64,000 nucleotides of DNA from Eledone cirrhosa (taxonomy: Eukaryota): assembly GCA_964016885.1 (NCBI GenBank), contig OZ024742.1, forward strand, positions 39,618,001 through 39,682,000. Reading direction: 5' to 3'. The notes beneath the pieces were generated by a model. The model did no database searches, had not been told where the DNA came from, and saw only the letters and a list, made by a program, of their open reading frames with translations. The translations under genes were made by a program, and so were the position numbers. This document shows, one piece after another, positions 1 through 15,000 of this stretch (position 1 is the first letter of the stretch; the number at the start of each line of letters is the position of its first letter).

Positions 1-3000
1 ATATTAACTGTGTTGTATGTATATATGTTTGTATATTAACTGTGTTGTATGTATGTATATGTTTGTATATTAACTGTGTTGTATGTATGTGTGTGTGTAT
101 ATTAACTGTGTTGTATGTATGTGTGTTTGTATATTAACTGAGTTGTATGTATGTGTGTTTGTATATTAACTGAGTTGTATGTATGTGTGTTTGTATATTA
201 ACTGTGTTGTATGTATGTGTGTTTGTATATTAACTGTGTTGTATGTATATATGTTTGTATATTAACTGTGTCGTATGTTTGTATATGTTTGTATATTAAC
301 TGTGTTGTATGTATGTGTGTTTGTATATTAACTGTGTTGTATGTATGTGTGTTTGTATATTAAATGTGTTGTATGTATGTGTGTTTGTATATTAACTGTG
401 TTGTATGTATGTGTGTTTGTATATTAACTGTGTTGTATGTATGTGTGTTTGTATATTAATTGTGTTGTATGTATGTGTGTTTGTATATTAACTGTGTTGT
501 ATGTATGTGTGTTTGTATATTAACTGTGTCGTATGTATGTATATGTTTGTATATTAACTTTGTTGTATGTATGTATATATTTGTATATTAACTGTGTTGT
601 ATGTATGTATATGTTTGTATATTAACTGTGCTGTATGTATGTATATGTTTGTATATTAACTATGTTGTATGTATGTGTGTTTGTATATTAACTGTGTTGT
701 ATGTATGTGTGTTTGTATATTAACTGTGTTGTATGTATGTATGTGTGTACACTAACTGTGTTGTATGTATGTGTGTTTGTATATTAAATGTGTTGTATGT
801 ATGTATATGTTTGTATATTAACTGTGTTGTATGTATGTATATGTTTGTATATTAACTGTGTTGTATGTATGTGTGTTTGTATATTAACTGTGTTGTATGT
901 GTGTGTGTTTGTATATTATCTGTGTTGTATGTATGTGTGTTTGTATATTAACTGTGTTGTATGTATGTGTGTTTGTATATTAACTGTGTTGTATGTATGT
1001 GTGTTTGTATATTAACTGTGTTGTATGTATGTGTGTTTGTATATTAACTGTGTTGTATGTATGTGTGTTTGTATATTAACTGTGTTGTATGTATGTGTGT
1101 TCGTATATTAACTGTGTTGTATGTATATATGTTTGTATATTAACTGTGTCGTATGTATGTATATGTTTGTATATTAACTGTGTTGTATGTATGTGTGTTT
1201 GTATATTTACTGTGTTGTATGTATGTGTGTTTGTATATTAACTGTGTTGTATGTATGTGTGTTTGTATATTAACTGTGTTGTATGTATGTGTGTTTGTAT
1301 ATTAACTGTGTTGTATGTATGTGTGTTTGTATATTAACTGTGCTGTATGTATGTGTGTTTGTATATTAACTGTGTCGTATGTATGTATATGTTTGTATAT
1401 TAACTGTGCTGTATGTATGTATATGTTTGTATATTAACTTTGTTGTATGTATATATGTTGGTATATTAACTGTGTCGTATGTATGTGTGTTTGTATATTA
1501 ACTGTGTTGTATGTATGTGTGTTTTTATATTAACTGTGTTGTATGTATATATGTTTGTATATTAACTGTGTTGTATGTATGTGTGTTTGTATATTAACTG
1601 TGTTGTATGTATGTGTGTTTGTATATTAACTGTGTTGTATGTATGTGTGTTTGTATATTAACTGTGTTGTATGTATGTGTGTTTGTATATTAACTGTGTT
1701 GTATGTATATATGTTTGTATATTAACTGTGTTGTATGTATGTGTGTTTGTATATTAACTGTGTTGTATGTATGTGTGTTTGTATATTAACTGTGTCGTAT
1801 GTATGTATATGTTTGTATATTAACTTTGTTGTATGTATGTATATATTTGTATATTAACTGTTTTGTATGTATGTATATGTTTGCATATTAACTGTGCTGT
1901 ATGTATGTATATGTTTGTATATTAACTATGTTGTATGTATGTGTGTTTGTATATTAACTGTGTTGTATGTATGTGTGTTTGTATATTAACTGTGTTGTAT
2001 GTATGTGTGTTTGTATATTAACTGTGTTGTATGTATGTGTGTTTGTATATTAACTGTGTTGTATGTATGTATATGTTTGTATATTAACTGTGTTGTATGT
2101 ATGTGTGTTTGTATATTAAATGTGTTGTATGTATGTATATGTTTGTATATTAACTGTGTTGCATGTATATGTTTGTATATTAACTTTGTTGTATGTATGT
2201 GTGTTTGTATATTAACTGTGTTGTATGTATGTGTGTTTGTATATTAACTGTGTTGTATGTATGTGTGTTTGTATATTAACTGTGTTGTATGTATGTGTGT
2301 TTGTATATTAACTGTGTTGTATGTATGTGTGTGTGTATATTAATTGTGTTGTATGTATGTGTGTTTGTATATAAACTGTGTTGTATGTATGTATATGTTT
2401 GTATATTAACTGTGTTGTATGTATGTATATGTTTGTATATTAACTGTGTTGTATGTATGTGTGTTTGTATATTAACTGTGTTGTATGTGTGTGTGTTTGT
2501 ATATTATCTGTGTTGTATGTATGTGTGTTTGTATATTAACTGTGTTGTATGTATGTGTGTTTGTATATTAACTGTGTTGTATGTATGTGTGTTTGTATAT
2601 TAACTGTGTTGTATGTATGTGTGTTTGTATATTAACTGTGTTGTATGTATGTGTGTTTGTATATTAACTGTGTTGTATGTATGTGTGTTCGTATATTAAC
2701 TGTGTTGTATGTATATATGTTTGTATATTAACTGTGTCGTATGTATGTATACGTTTGTATATTAACTGTGTTGTATGTATGTGTGTTTGTATATTAAATG
2801 TGTTGTATGTATGTGTGTTTGTATATTAACTGTGTTTTATGTATGTGTGTTTGTATATTAACTGTGTTGTATGTATGTGTGTTTGTATATTAACTGTGTT
2901 GTATGTATGTGTGTTTGTATATTAACTGTGTTGTATGTATGTGTGTTTGTATATTAACTGTGTCGTATGTATGTATATGTTTGTATATTAACTGTGCTGT

Positions 3001-6000
3001 ATGTATGTATATGTTTGTATATTAACTTTGTTGTATGTATATATGTTGGTATATTAACTGTGTCGTATGTATGTGTGTTTGTATATTAACTGTGTTGTAT
3101 GTATGTGTGTTTTTATATTAACTGTGTTGTATGTATATATGTTTGTATATTAACTGTGTTGTATGTATGTGTGTTTGTATATTAACTGTGTTGTATGTAT
3201 GTGTGTTTGTATATTAACTGTGTTGTATGTATGTGTGTTTGTATATTAACTGTGTTGTATGTATGTGTGTTTGTATATTAACTGTGTTGTATGTATATAT
3301 GTTTGTATATTAACTGTGTTGTATGTATGTGTGTTTGTATATTAACTGTGTTGTATGTATGTGTGTTTGTATATTAACTGTGTCGTATGTATGTATATGT
3401 TTGTATATTAACTTTGTTGTATGTATGTATATATTTGTATATTAACTGTGTTGTATGTATGTATATGTTTGTGTATTAACTGTGTTGTATGTATGTGTGT
3501 TTCTATATTAACTGTGTTGTATGTATGTGTGTGTGTATATTAACTGTGTTGTATGTATGTGTGTTTGTATATTAACTGTGTTGTATGTATGTGTGTTTGT
3601 ATATTAACTCTGTTGTATGTATGTATATGTTTGTGTATTAACTGTGTTGTATGTATGTGTGTTTGTATATTAACTGTGTTGTATGTATGTATGTATATGT
3701 TTCTATATTAACTGTGTTGTATGTATGTATGTGTGTTTCTATATTAACTGTGTTGTATGTATATATGTTTGTATATTAACTGTGTTGTATGTATGTATAT
3801 GTCTGTATATTAACTGTGTTGTATGTATGTGTGTTTGTATATTAACTGTGTTGTATGTGTGTGTGTTTGTATATTATCTGTGTTGTATGTATGTGTGTTT
3901 GTATATTAACTGTGTTGTATGTATGTGTGTTTGTATATTAACTGTGTTGTATGTATGTGTGTTTGTATATTAACTGAGTTGTATGTATGTGTGTTTGTAT
4001 ATTAACTGAGTTGTATGTATGTGTGTTTGTATATTAACTGTGTTGTATGTATGTGTGTTTGTATATTAACTGTGTTGTATGTATATATGTTTGTATATTA
4101 ACTGTGTCGAATGTTTGTATATGTTTGTATATTAACTGTGTTGTATGTATGTGTGTTTGTATATTAACTGTGTTGTATGTATGTGTGTTTGTATATTAAA
4201 TGTGTTGTATGTATGTGTGTTTGTATATTAACTGTGTTGTATGTATGTGTGTTTGTATATTAACTGTGTTGTATGTATGTGTGTTTGTATATTAACTGTG
4301 TTGTATGTGTGTGTGTTTGTATATTAACTGTGTTGTATGTATGTGTGTTTGTATATTAACTGTGTCGTATGTATGTGTGTTTGTATATTAACTGTGTTGT
4401 ATGTATGTATATGTTTGTATATTAACTGTGCTGTATGTATGTATATGTTTGTATATTAACTATGTTGTATGTATGTGTGTTTGTATATTAACTGTGTTGT
4501 ATGTATGTGTGTGTGTATATTAACTGTGTTGTATGTATGTATGTGTGTACACTAACTGTGTTGTATGTATGTGTGTTTGTATATTAAATGTGTTGTATGT
4601 ATGTATATGTTTGTATATTAACTGTGTTGCATGTATATGTTTGTATATTAACTGTGTTGTATGTATGTGTGTTTGTATATTAACTGTGTTGTATGTATGT
4701 GTGTTTGTATATTAACTGTGTTGTATGTATGTGTGTTTGTATATTAACTGTGTTGTATGTATGTGTGTTTGTATATTAACTGTGTTGTATGTATGTGTGT
4801 GTGTATATTAATTGTGTTGTATGTATGTGTGTTTGTATATTAACTGTGTTGTATGTGTGTGTGTTTGTATATTATCTGTGTTGTATGTATGTGTGTTTGT
4901 ATATTAACTGTGTTGTATGTATGTGTGTTTGTATATTAACTGTGTTGTATGTATGTGTGTTTGTATATTAACTGTGTTGTATGTATGTGTGTTTGTATAT
5001 TAACTGTGTTGTATGTATGTGTGTTTGAATATTAACTGTGTTGTATGTATGTGTGTTCGTATATTAACTGTGTTGTATGTATATATGTTTGTATATTAAC
5101 TGTGTCGTATGTATGTATATGTTTGTATATTAACTTTGTTGTATGTATGTGTGTTTGTATATTAACTGTGTTGTATGTATGTGTGTTTGTATATTAACTG
5201 TGTTGTATGTATGTGTGTTTGTATATTAACTGTGTTGTATGTATGTGTGTTTGTATATTAACTGTGTTGTATGTATGTGTGTTTGTATATTAACTGTGTT
5301 GTATGTATGTGTGTTTGTATATTAACTGTGTCGTATGTATGTATATGTTTGTATATTAACTGTGCTGTATGTATGTATATGTTTGTATATTAACTTTGTT
5401 GTATGTATATATGTTGGTATATTAACTGTGTCGTATGTATGTGTGTTTGTATATTAACTGTGTTGTATGTATGTGTGTTTTTATATTAACTGTGTTGTAT
5501 GTATATATGTTTGTATATTAACTGTGTTGTATGTATGTGTGTTTGTATATTAACTGTGTTGTATGTATGTGTGTTTGTATATTAACTGTGTTGTATGTAT
5601 GTGTGTTTGTATATTAACTGTGTTGTATGTATGTGTGTTTGTATATTAACTGTGTTGTATGTATATATGTTTGTATATTAACTGTGTTGTATATATGTGT
5701 GTTTGTATATTAACTGTGTTGTATGTATGTGTGTTTGTATATTAACTGTGTCGTATGTATGTATATGTTTGTATATTAACTTTGTTGTATGTATGTATAT
5801 ATTTGTATATTAACTGTGTTGTATGTATGTATATGTTTGTATATTAACTGTGCTGTATGTATGTATATGTTTGTATATTAACTATGTTGTATGTATGTGT
5901 GTTTGTATATTAACTGTGTTGTATGTATGTGTGTTTGTATATTAACTGTGTTGTATGTATGTGTGTTTGTATATTAACTGTGTTGTATGTATGTGTGTTT

Positions 6001-9000
6001 GTATATTAACTGTGTTGTATGTATGTATATGTTTGTATATTAACTGTGTTTATGTATGTGTGTTTGTATATTAACTGTGTCGTATGTATGTATATGTTTG
6101 TATATTAACTGTGCTGTATGTATGTATATGTTTGTATATTAACTGTGTTGTATGTATATATGTTTGTATATTAACTGTGTCGTATGTATGTATATGTTTG
6201 TATATTAACTGTGTTGTATGTATGTGTGTTTGTATATTAACTGTGTTGTATGTATGTGTGTTTGTATATTAACTGTGTTGTATGTATGTGTGTTTGTATA
6301 TTAACTGTGTTGTATGTATATATGTTTGTATATTAACTGTGTCGTATGTATGTATATGTTTGTATATTAACTGTGTTGTATGTATGTGTGTTTGTATATT
6401 AACTGTGTTGTATGTATGTGTGTTTGTATATTAACTGTGTTGTATGTATGTGTGTTTGTATATTAACTGTGTTGTATGTATGTGTGTTTGTATATTAACT
6501 GTGTTGTATGTACGTGTGTTTGTATATTAACTGTGTTGTATGTATGTATGTATGTATGTGTGTATATTAACTGTATCGTATGTATGTGTGTTTGTATATT
6601 AACTGTGTCGTATGTATGTATATGTTTGTATATTAACTGTGCTGTATGTATGTATATGTTTGTATATTAACTGTGTTGTATGTATATATGTTTGTATATT
6701 AACTGTGTCGTATGTATGTGTGTTTCTATATTAACTGTGTTGTATGTATGTGTGTTTCTATATTAAATGTGTTGTATGTATTTGTGTTTGTATATTAACT
6801 GTGTTGTATGTATGTGTGTTTGTATATTAACTGTGTTGTATGTATATATGTTTGTATATTAACTGCGTTGTATGTATGTGTGTTTGTATATTAACTGTGT
6901 TGTATGTATGTGTGTTTGTATATTAACTGTGTTGTATGTATGTGTGTTTGTATATTAACTGTGTCGTATGTATGTGTGTTTGTATATTAACTGTGTTGTA
7001 TGTATATATGTTTGTATATTAACTGTGTTGTATGTATGTGTGTTTGTATATTAACTGTGTTGTATGTATGTGTGTTTCTATATTAACTGTGTTGTATGTA
7101 TGTGTGTTTGTATATTAACTGTGTCGTATGTATGTATATGTTTGTATATTAACTTTGTTGTATGTATGTATATATTTGTATATTAACTGTGTTGTATGTA
7201 TGTATATGTTTGTATATTAACTGTGCTGTATGTATGTATATGTTTGTATATTAACTATGTTGTATGTATGTGTGTTTGTATATTAACTGTGTTGTATGTA
7301 TATATGTTTGTATATTAACTGTGTTGTATGTATGTGTGTTTGTATATTAACTGTGTTGTATGTATGTGTGTTTGTATATTAACTGTGTTGTATGTATGTA
7401 TATGTTTGTATATTAACTGTGCTGTATGTATGTATATGTTTGTATATTAACTGTGTTGTATGTATATATGTTTGTATATTAACTGTGTCGTATGTATGTA
7501 TATGTTTGTATATTAACTGTGTTGTATGTATGTGTGTTTGTATATTAACTGTGTTGTATGTATGTGTGTTTGTATATTAACTGTGTTGTATGTATGTGTG
7601 TTTGTATATTAACTGTGTTGTATGTATGTGTGTTTGTATATTAACTGTGTCGTATGTATATATGTTTGTATATTAACTGTGTCGTATGTATGTATATGTT
7701 TGTATATTAACTGTGTTGTATGTATGTGTGTTTGTATATTAACTGTGTTGTATGTATGTGTGTTTGTATATTAACTGTGTTGTATGCATGTGTGTTTGTA
7801 TATTAACTGTGTTGTATGTATGTGTGTTTGTATATTAACTGTGTTGTATGTATGTGTGTTTGTATATTAACTGTGTTGTATGTATGTGTGTTTGTATATT
7901 AACTGTGTCGTATGTATGTATATGTTTGTATATTAATTGTGCTGTATGTATGTATATGTTTGTATATTAACTGTGTTGTATGTATATATGTTTGTATATT
8001 AACTGTGTCGTATGTATGTGTGTTTGTATATTAACTGTGTTGTATGTATGTGTGTTTGTATATTAACTGTGTTGTATGTATATATGTTTGTATATTAACT
8101 GTGTTGTATGTATGTGTGTTTGTATATTAACTGTGTTGTATGTATGTGTGTTTGTATATTAACTGTGTTGTATGTATGTGTGTTTGTATATTTACTGTGT
8201 TGTATGTATGTGTGTTTGTATATTAACTGTGTTGTATGTATATATGTTTGTATATTAACTGTGTTGTATGTATGTGTGTTTGTATATTAACTGTGTTGTA
8301 TGTATGTGTGTTTCTATATTAACTGTGTTGTATGTATGTGTGTTTGTATATTAACTGTGTCGTATGTATGTATATGTTTGTATATTAACTTTGTTGTATG
8401 TATGTATATGTTTGTATATTAACTGTGCTGTATGTATGTATATGTTTGTATATTAACTATGTTGTATGTATGTGTGTTTGTATATTAACTGTGTTGTATG
8501 TATGTGTGTTTGTATATTAACTGTGTTGTATGTATGTATGTGTGTACATTAACTGTGTTGTATGTATGTGTGTTTGTATATTAACTGTGTTGCATGTATA
8601 TGTTTGTATATTAACTGTGTTGTATGTATGTGTGTTTGTATATTAACTGTGTTGTATGTATGTGTGTTTGTATATTAACTGTGTTGTATGTATGTGTGTT
8701 TGTATATTAACTGTGTTGTATGTATGTGTGTTTGTATATTAACTGTGTTGTATGTGTGTGTGTTTGTATATTAACTGTGTTGTATGTATGTGTGTGTGTA
8801 TATTAACTGTGTTGTATGTATGTGTGTTTGTATATTAACCGTGTTGTATGTATGTGTGTTTGTATATTAACTGTGTTGTATGTATGTGTGTTTGTATATT
8901 AACTGTGTTGTATGTATGTCTGTTTGTATATTAACTGTGTTGTATGTATGTGTGTTTGTATATTAACTGTGTTGTATGTTTGTGTGTTTGTATATTAACT

Positions 9001-9285
9001 GTGTTGTATGTATGTGTGTTTGTATATTAACTGTGTTGTATGTATGTGTGTTTGTATATTAACTGTGTTGTATGTATGTATGTTTGTATATTAACTGTGT
9101 TGTATGTATGTGTGTTTGTATATTAACTGTGTTGTATGTATGTGTGTTTGTATATTAACTGTGTTGTATGTATGTATATGTTTGTATATTAACTGTGTTG
9201 TATGTATGTATATGTTTGTATATTAACTGTGTTGTATGTATGTGTGTGTGTATATTAACTGTGTTGTATGTATGTGCGTTTCTAT
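1..9285. repeat. 32-bp tandem minisatellite/satellite (about 285 units, runs off the window start)
   Basis: Unit TGTGTTGTATGTATGTGTGTTTGTATATTAAC (e.g. 301-332) with 34-bp and point variants. Diagnostic variants recur at a 1588-bp offset. Confidence 0.97.
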
Positions 9286-9291
9286 GTATGA

Positions 9292-9590
9292 AGTGTGGCT
9301 TTGTGGTGATGGTATTTAGCCAACAATCGCATGGCTGTGAGTTCCATTCACACTCGCTCGTTTTGTCCTTCAGCAAGACACTTTATTTCACGTTGTTCCA
9401 GTTTACTCAGCTGGCAAAAATGTGTTGTACCTGTAATTCGAATGGTCATTCTCGTCACATTCTGTGTCACGCTGAATCTCCCTGAGAACTATGTTAAGGG
9501 CATGCGTGTCCGTGGAATGCTCAGCGTTAACGTTAAGTTCCATTGATTGCAACTGGAACACTCGTCGTAGTTACCGACGGAGTGCCACTG
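9292..9590 (+). mobile_element. tRNA-derived SINE (family B, CORE-like central domain)
   Basis: Degenerate A/B-box head, then TGTCCTTCAGCAAGACACTTTATTTCAC core and a tail shared with copies at ~37085, ~50305 and ~62740. Confidence 0.7.
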
Positions 9591-10003
9591 CTAATGTATG
9601 AATGTGATTGTATTTGTTTGTGTGCATGTGTTCGTGGTCGTAACTTTTCTGAACACTTAAGAGGTTTTCTTCGCAATCATTAGGTCTCGGGTTCGATTCC
9701 ATTGCGTGGTAAGTGTCATTTACCATAGCTTCAGGTCCACCCATGCTCTATGAATGAAATTGGGTAGACGGAAACTATATGGAAGCCCGTAGGATGAGCT
9801 ATACCTGTAATTCAAAGGGCCAGTCATGTCACACGCTCTGTCACGCTGAATCTAGTTTCGCTCACTACTCTTATCTGAACAGGGAAATCCAGTGAAATAA
9901 ACAGTGATATAAAATAAGAAAATAACCCGTCCCACTATAGTTAGACAAAACATAAAATCAACCATAATAATACGCCATGTGTGTTTGTATATTTATTTAA
10001 ATA

Positions 10004-10103
10004 CAGGGTGTCCCCAGTAATGTATACATACTTTGATTACTTGTACAGGCAATATTTATTAGAATACTGTTGAAGTGTGTATACATTTTTGGGGAACACC
10101 CTA
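10004..10103. mobile_element. Tc1/mariner-type MITE (about 100 bp)
   Basis: TA then CAGGGTGTCCCC..AATGTATACA.ACTT on the left, and AAGTGTGTATACATTTTTGGGGAACACCCT on the right, forming imperfect TIRs. Confidence 0.7.
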
Positions 10104-10292
10104 CACATCTCTGACTGACATTAGTATAGCCACATACACCCAATGCAGTCTTGTTGCTACAATAAGAAATTTGCTTTCTAATTACAAAATCCTGGTTTCA
10201 AACTCTAATTTGTCTCCGTAAATAGTTATTTCTTCACAGTTACTAATGCATATAATTCTATATGACATATATAGTATATGTCATTTATATAT

Positions 10293-10545
10293 CAGGGGTT
10301 GTGGGGGGTGTGAGAACCCCCCCCCCCCCCCCATAATTATATTTTTCTCCCTAAACTACCAAAACACACATCTATTTGTATATGCACCGCTACAATTTAT
10401 GTAGATGTTATGTTTATCGCATATCGAAGTATTTCATATCCTGGTTGATATTTGATAACAGTTCAACTAATCACTACAACTAAATCGACCAAATTTGCTC
10501 CTCTCCCAATTCAAAAATGGTCCCACCGCCCCTCCACCGCCCCTG
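10293..10545. mobile_element. Putative hAT-like MITE
   Basis: Begins CAGGGGTTGTGG and ends CCACCGCCCCTG (short imperfect TIR). TSD is unclear in AT-rich flanks. Confidence 0.4.
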
Positions 10546-10574
10546 TACATATAAGTTGATTATTTAAGTAATTA

Positions 10575-10897
10575 CTCTCAGGTCTTGAATAATCGTCCCC
10601 CACTCGCCGTTTATTAATTTTTCAGATTTTTTTCACACAACAACCCCACACAGACCCGCCCCCGCTTATTAAATTTTGCTAATCTAACTCCGGCGAAAGT
10701 TTATTGTAAGTGATTCATATCGATACAGCAGCTGGCGAATCCAACAATTTATTTATTTTACGTTAAAAAATCATTATATATGACAAAAAAAGAACATTAC
10801 AAGAAATCCCATTTACGAACGTACACTATACAATTACCGATTTTCCAACCCCACCGTTTATTCCAGCCCCTCCCCCTATTATTTGTGACCAGAAAGT
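10575..10897. mobile_element. Degenerate TA-flanked MITE (pogo/Tc1-like)
   Basis: Left end TA-CTCTCAGGTCTTGAATAAT is partly complementary to right end ATTATTTGTGACCAGAAAGT. Confidence 0.4.
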
Positions 10898-11105
10898 CAG
10901 ACCTGCCAACCTCTAAACATTTAAACGGGGAGTTCCATGAAAAAAGTGCCCCAAACGGGGAGAAATGACGCAAAATCGGGAGATTTTACATAAGACATCT
11001 CTGACCCACCCCAAAAGTGGGTGGGTGATCACCCCGTACGACGGGGAAATCACCCCAAAGTGGGTGGGTGATCACCCCGTACTACGGGGAAAGTTGACAG
11101 GTCTG
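10898..11105. mobile_element. hAT-type MITE
   Basis: TIRs CAGACCTGCCAAC / GTTGACAGGTCTG, with an internal ~42-bp direct repeat (GTGGGTGGGTGATCACCCCGTAC.ACGGGGAAA twice). Confidence 0.7.
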
Positions 11106-12005
11106 CGAGGGTATATCCTAAAAATAAATTATTAGAATATCCTTCTTATCTTTAATCATTCCCACATGTCTGTAATCAACATAAACTATAAGGTTTCTCT
11201 TATGCAAACCATTAATTTACCAAAATGCAAATTTCCCAGTTTGTGTGATTGTTCATTGTACTCCCAAAATTAAATACGTTCAACATTATTGCTGTTATGA
11301 TTGACTGCACGTGTATATATATATAAGTATATAAGGGAAAACCTTAACCATAAACAAACCATTTGTCGTAGACTCACGTTGACCAGAGGGCTTCCATTTC
11401 CATTCCTGTGTGCTTGCATTCTATCCATATTTACTTAAAATATGACACCCTCCCCCCTTCGATCACGACTCGCCTTTGGCTGTGTTCACTCATTAATGGG
11501 TGACTACAAGGTTTGCCTTTCTGACGCACAACATTGGACAAGATGTTTTATGGAAGACCAGCAGTACCCGTACATGCAAGGTTTCCCTCTCCACAGCACC
11601 AATTTTGTTCAATGGAAAGAGAAGGGCCGATAGAGCTTGGTACCAGTGTTGTCGCAACTCATTTTCTCCAGCTGAGCGGATTGAAACAAATAAATAGAGT
11701 GTTTTGTTCAAGAACACAGCGTATCACTCGTTCTGAAAACGGAACTCAAAATCTTACGATCGTGAGCTCATCACATATTAACATAAAGATTGTTGCGGTT
11801 GTTTAGCACCAAGTCAGTCATGATCCCAGATTAAAGGCGTTCCATTTGTCTATATATATTTCAAGTATGTGTGACTATGGCTACATGGTGCCATTTAAGT
11901 ATGCAGTCTCCCTGGTCATTTACACTTTAGTATGCGGGTTGCATGGCCATTTGCAATTCAACACACAGTCTACAAAAAAACTAGCTCTAATCCTAACCAC
12001 CAGAT

Positions 12006-15000
12006 CATTATACGATCTAACTAAGGATATTACTGTAGATTCACGTTAAAATAGTACCGACAACATTATACGGTCTAACTAAGGATATTACTGTAGATTT
12101 CACGTTAAAATAGTACCGACAACATTATACGGTCTAACTAAAGATATTACTGTAGATTTCACGTTAAAATAGTACCGACAACATTATACGGTCTAACTAA
12201 GGATATTACTGTAGATTCACGTTAAAATAGTACCGACAACATTATACGGTCTAACTAAGGATATTACTGTAGATTTCACGTTAAAATAGTACCGACAACA
12301 TTATACGGTCTAACTAAGGATATTACTGTAGATTTCACGTTAAAATAGTACCGACAACATTATACGGTCTAACTAAGGATATTACTGTAGATTCACGTTA
12401 AAATAGTACCGACAACATTATACGGTCTAACTAAAGATAGTACTGTAGATTCACGTTAAAATAGTACCGACAACATTATACGGTCTAACTAAGGATATTA
12501 CTGTAGATTTCACGTTAAAATAGTACCGACAACATTATACGGTCTAACTAAGGATATTACTGTAGATTTCACGTTAAAATAGTACCGACAACATTATACG
12601 GTCTAACTAAGGATATTACTGTAGATTTCACGTTAAAATAGTACCGACAACATTATACGGTCTAACTAAGGATATTACTGTAGATGTTACGTTAAAATAG
12701 TACCGACAACATTATACGGTCTAACTAAGGATATTACTGTAGATTTCACGTTAAAATAGTACCGACAACATTATACGGTCTAACTAAGGATATTACTGTA
12801 GATTTCACGTTAAAATAGTACCGACAACATTATACGGTCTAACTAAGGATATTACTGTAGATTTTACGTTAAAATAGTACCGACAACATTATACGGTCTA
12901 ACTAAGGATATTACTGTAGATTTCACGTTAAAATAGTACCGACAACATTATACGGTCTAACTAAAGATATTACTGTAGATTTCACGTTAAAATAGTACCG
13001 ACAACATTATACGGTCTAACTAAGGATATTACTGTAGATTTCACGTTAAAATAGTACCGACAACATTATACGGTCTAACTAAAGATATTACTGTAGATTT
13101 CACGTTAAAATAGTACCGACAACATTATACGGTCTAACTAAGGATATTACTGTAGATTTTACGTTAAAATAGTACCGACAACATTATACGGTCTAACTAA
13201 GGATATTACTGTAGATTTCACGTTAAAATAGTACCGACAACATTATACGGTCTAACTAAAGATATTACTGTAGATTTCACGTTAAAATAGTACCGACAAC
13301 ATTATACGGTCTAACTAAGGATATTACTGTAGATTTCACGTTAAAATAGTACCGACAACATTATACGGTCTAACTAAAGATATTACTGTAGATTTCACGT
13401 TAAAATAGTACCGACAACATTATACGGTCTAACTAAGGATATTACTGTAGATTTTACGTTAAAATAGTACCGACAACATTATACGGTCTAACTAAAGATA
13501 TTACTGTAGATTTCACGTTAAAATAGTACCGACAACATTATACGGTCTAACTAAGGATATTACTGTAGATTTTACGTTAAAATAGTACCGACAACATTAT
13601 ACGGTCTAACTAAGGATATTACTGTAGATTTCACGTTAAAATAGTACCGACAACAATATACGGTCTAACTAAAGATATTACTGTAGATTTCACGTTAAAA
13701 TAGTACCGACAACATTATACGGTCTAACTAAGGATATTACTGTAGATTTCACGTTAAAATAGTACCGACAACATTATACGGTCTAACTAAAGATATTACT
13801 GTAGATTCACGTTAAAATAGTACCGACAACATTATACGGTCTAACTAAGGATATTACTGTAGATTTCACGTTAAAATAGTACCGACAACATTATACGGTC
13901 TAACTAAGGATATTACTGTAGATTCACGTTAAAATAGTACCGACAACATTATACGGTCTAACTAAAGATATTACTGTAGATTCACGTTAAAATAGTACCG
14001 ACAACATTATACGGTCTAACTAAGGATATTACTGTAGATTTCACGTTAAAATAGTACCGACAACATTATACGGTCTAACTAAGGATATTACTGTAGATTT
14101 CACGTTAAAATAGTACCGACAACATTATACGGTCTAACTAAGGATATTACTGTAGATTCACGTTAAAATAGTACCGACAACATTATACGGTCTAACTAAA
14201 GATATTACTGTAGATTCACGTTAAAATAGTACCGACAACATTATACGGTCTAACTAAGGATATTACTGTAGATTTCACGTTAAAATAGTACCGACAACAT
14301 TATACGGTCTAACTAAGGATATTACTGTAGATTTCACGTTAAAATAGTACCGACAACATTATACGGTCTAACTAAGGATATTACTGTAGATTTTACGTTA
14401 AAATAGTACCGACAACATTATACGGTCTAACTAAGGATATTACTGTAGATTTCACGTTAAAATAGTACTGACAACATTATACGGTCTAACTAAAGATATT
14501 ACTGTAGATTTCACGTTAAAATAGTACTGACAACATTATACGGTCTAACTAAAGATATTACTGTAGATTTCACGTTAAAATAGTACCGACAACATTATAC
14601 GGTCTAATTAAGGATATTACTGTAGATTTTACGTTAAAATAGTACCGACAACATTATACGGTCTAACTAAGGATATTACTGTAGATTTCACGTTAAAATA
14701 GTACCGACAACATTATACGGTCTAACTAAGGATATTACTGTAGATTTCACGTTAAAATAGTACCGACAACATTATACGGTCTAACTAAGGATATTACTGT
14801 AGATTTCACGTTAAAATAGTACCGACAACATTATACGGTCTAACTAAGGATATTACTGTAGATTTCACGTTAAAATAGTACCGACAAGATTATACGGTCT
14901 AACTAAGGATATTACTGTAGATTCACGTTAAAATAGTACCGACAACATTATACGGTCTAACTAAAGATATTACTGTAGATTCACGTTAAAATAGTACCGA

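Noticed and set aside
9852-9965. Short hydrophobic minus-strand ORF (MVDFMFCLTIVGRVIFLFYITVYFTG..) resembling a signal peptide
   Set aside because: T-rich DNA gives such peptides by chance and the donor is weak.
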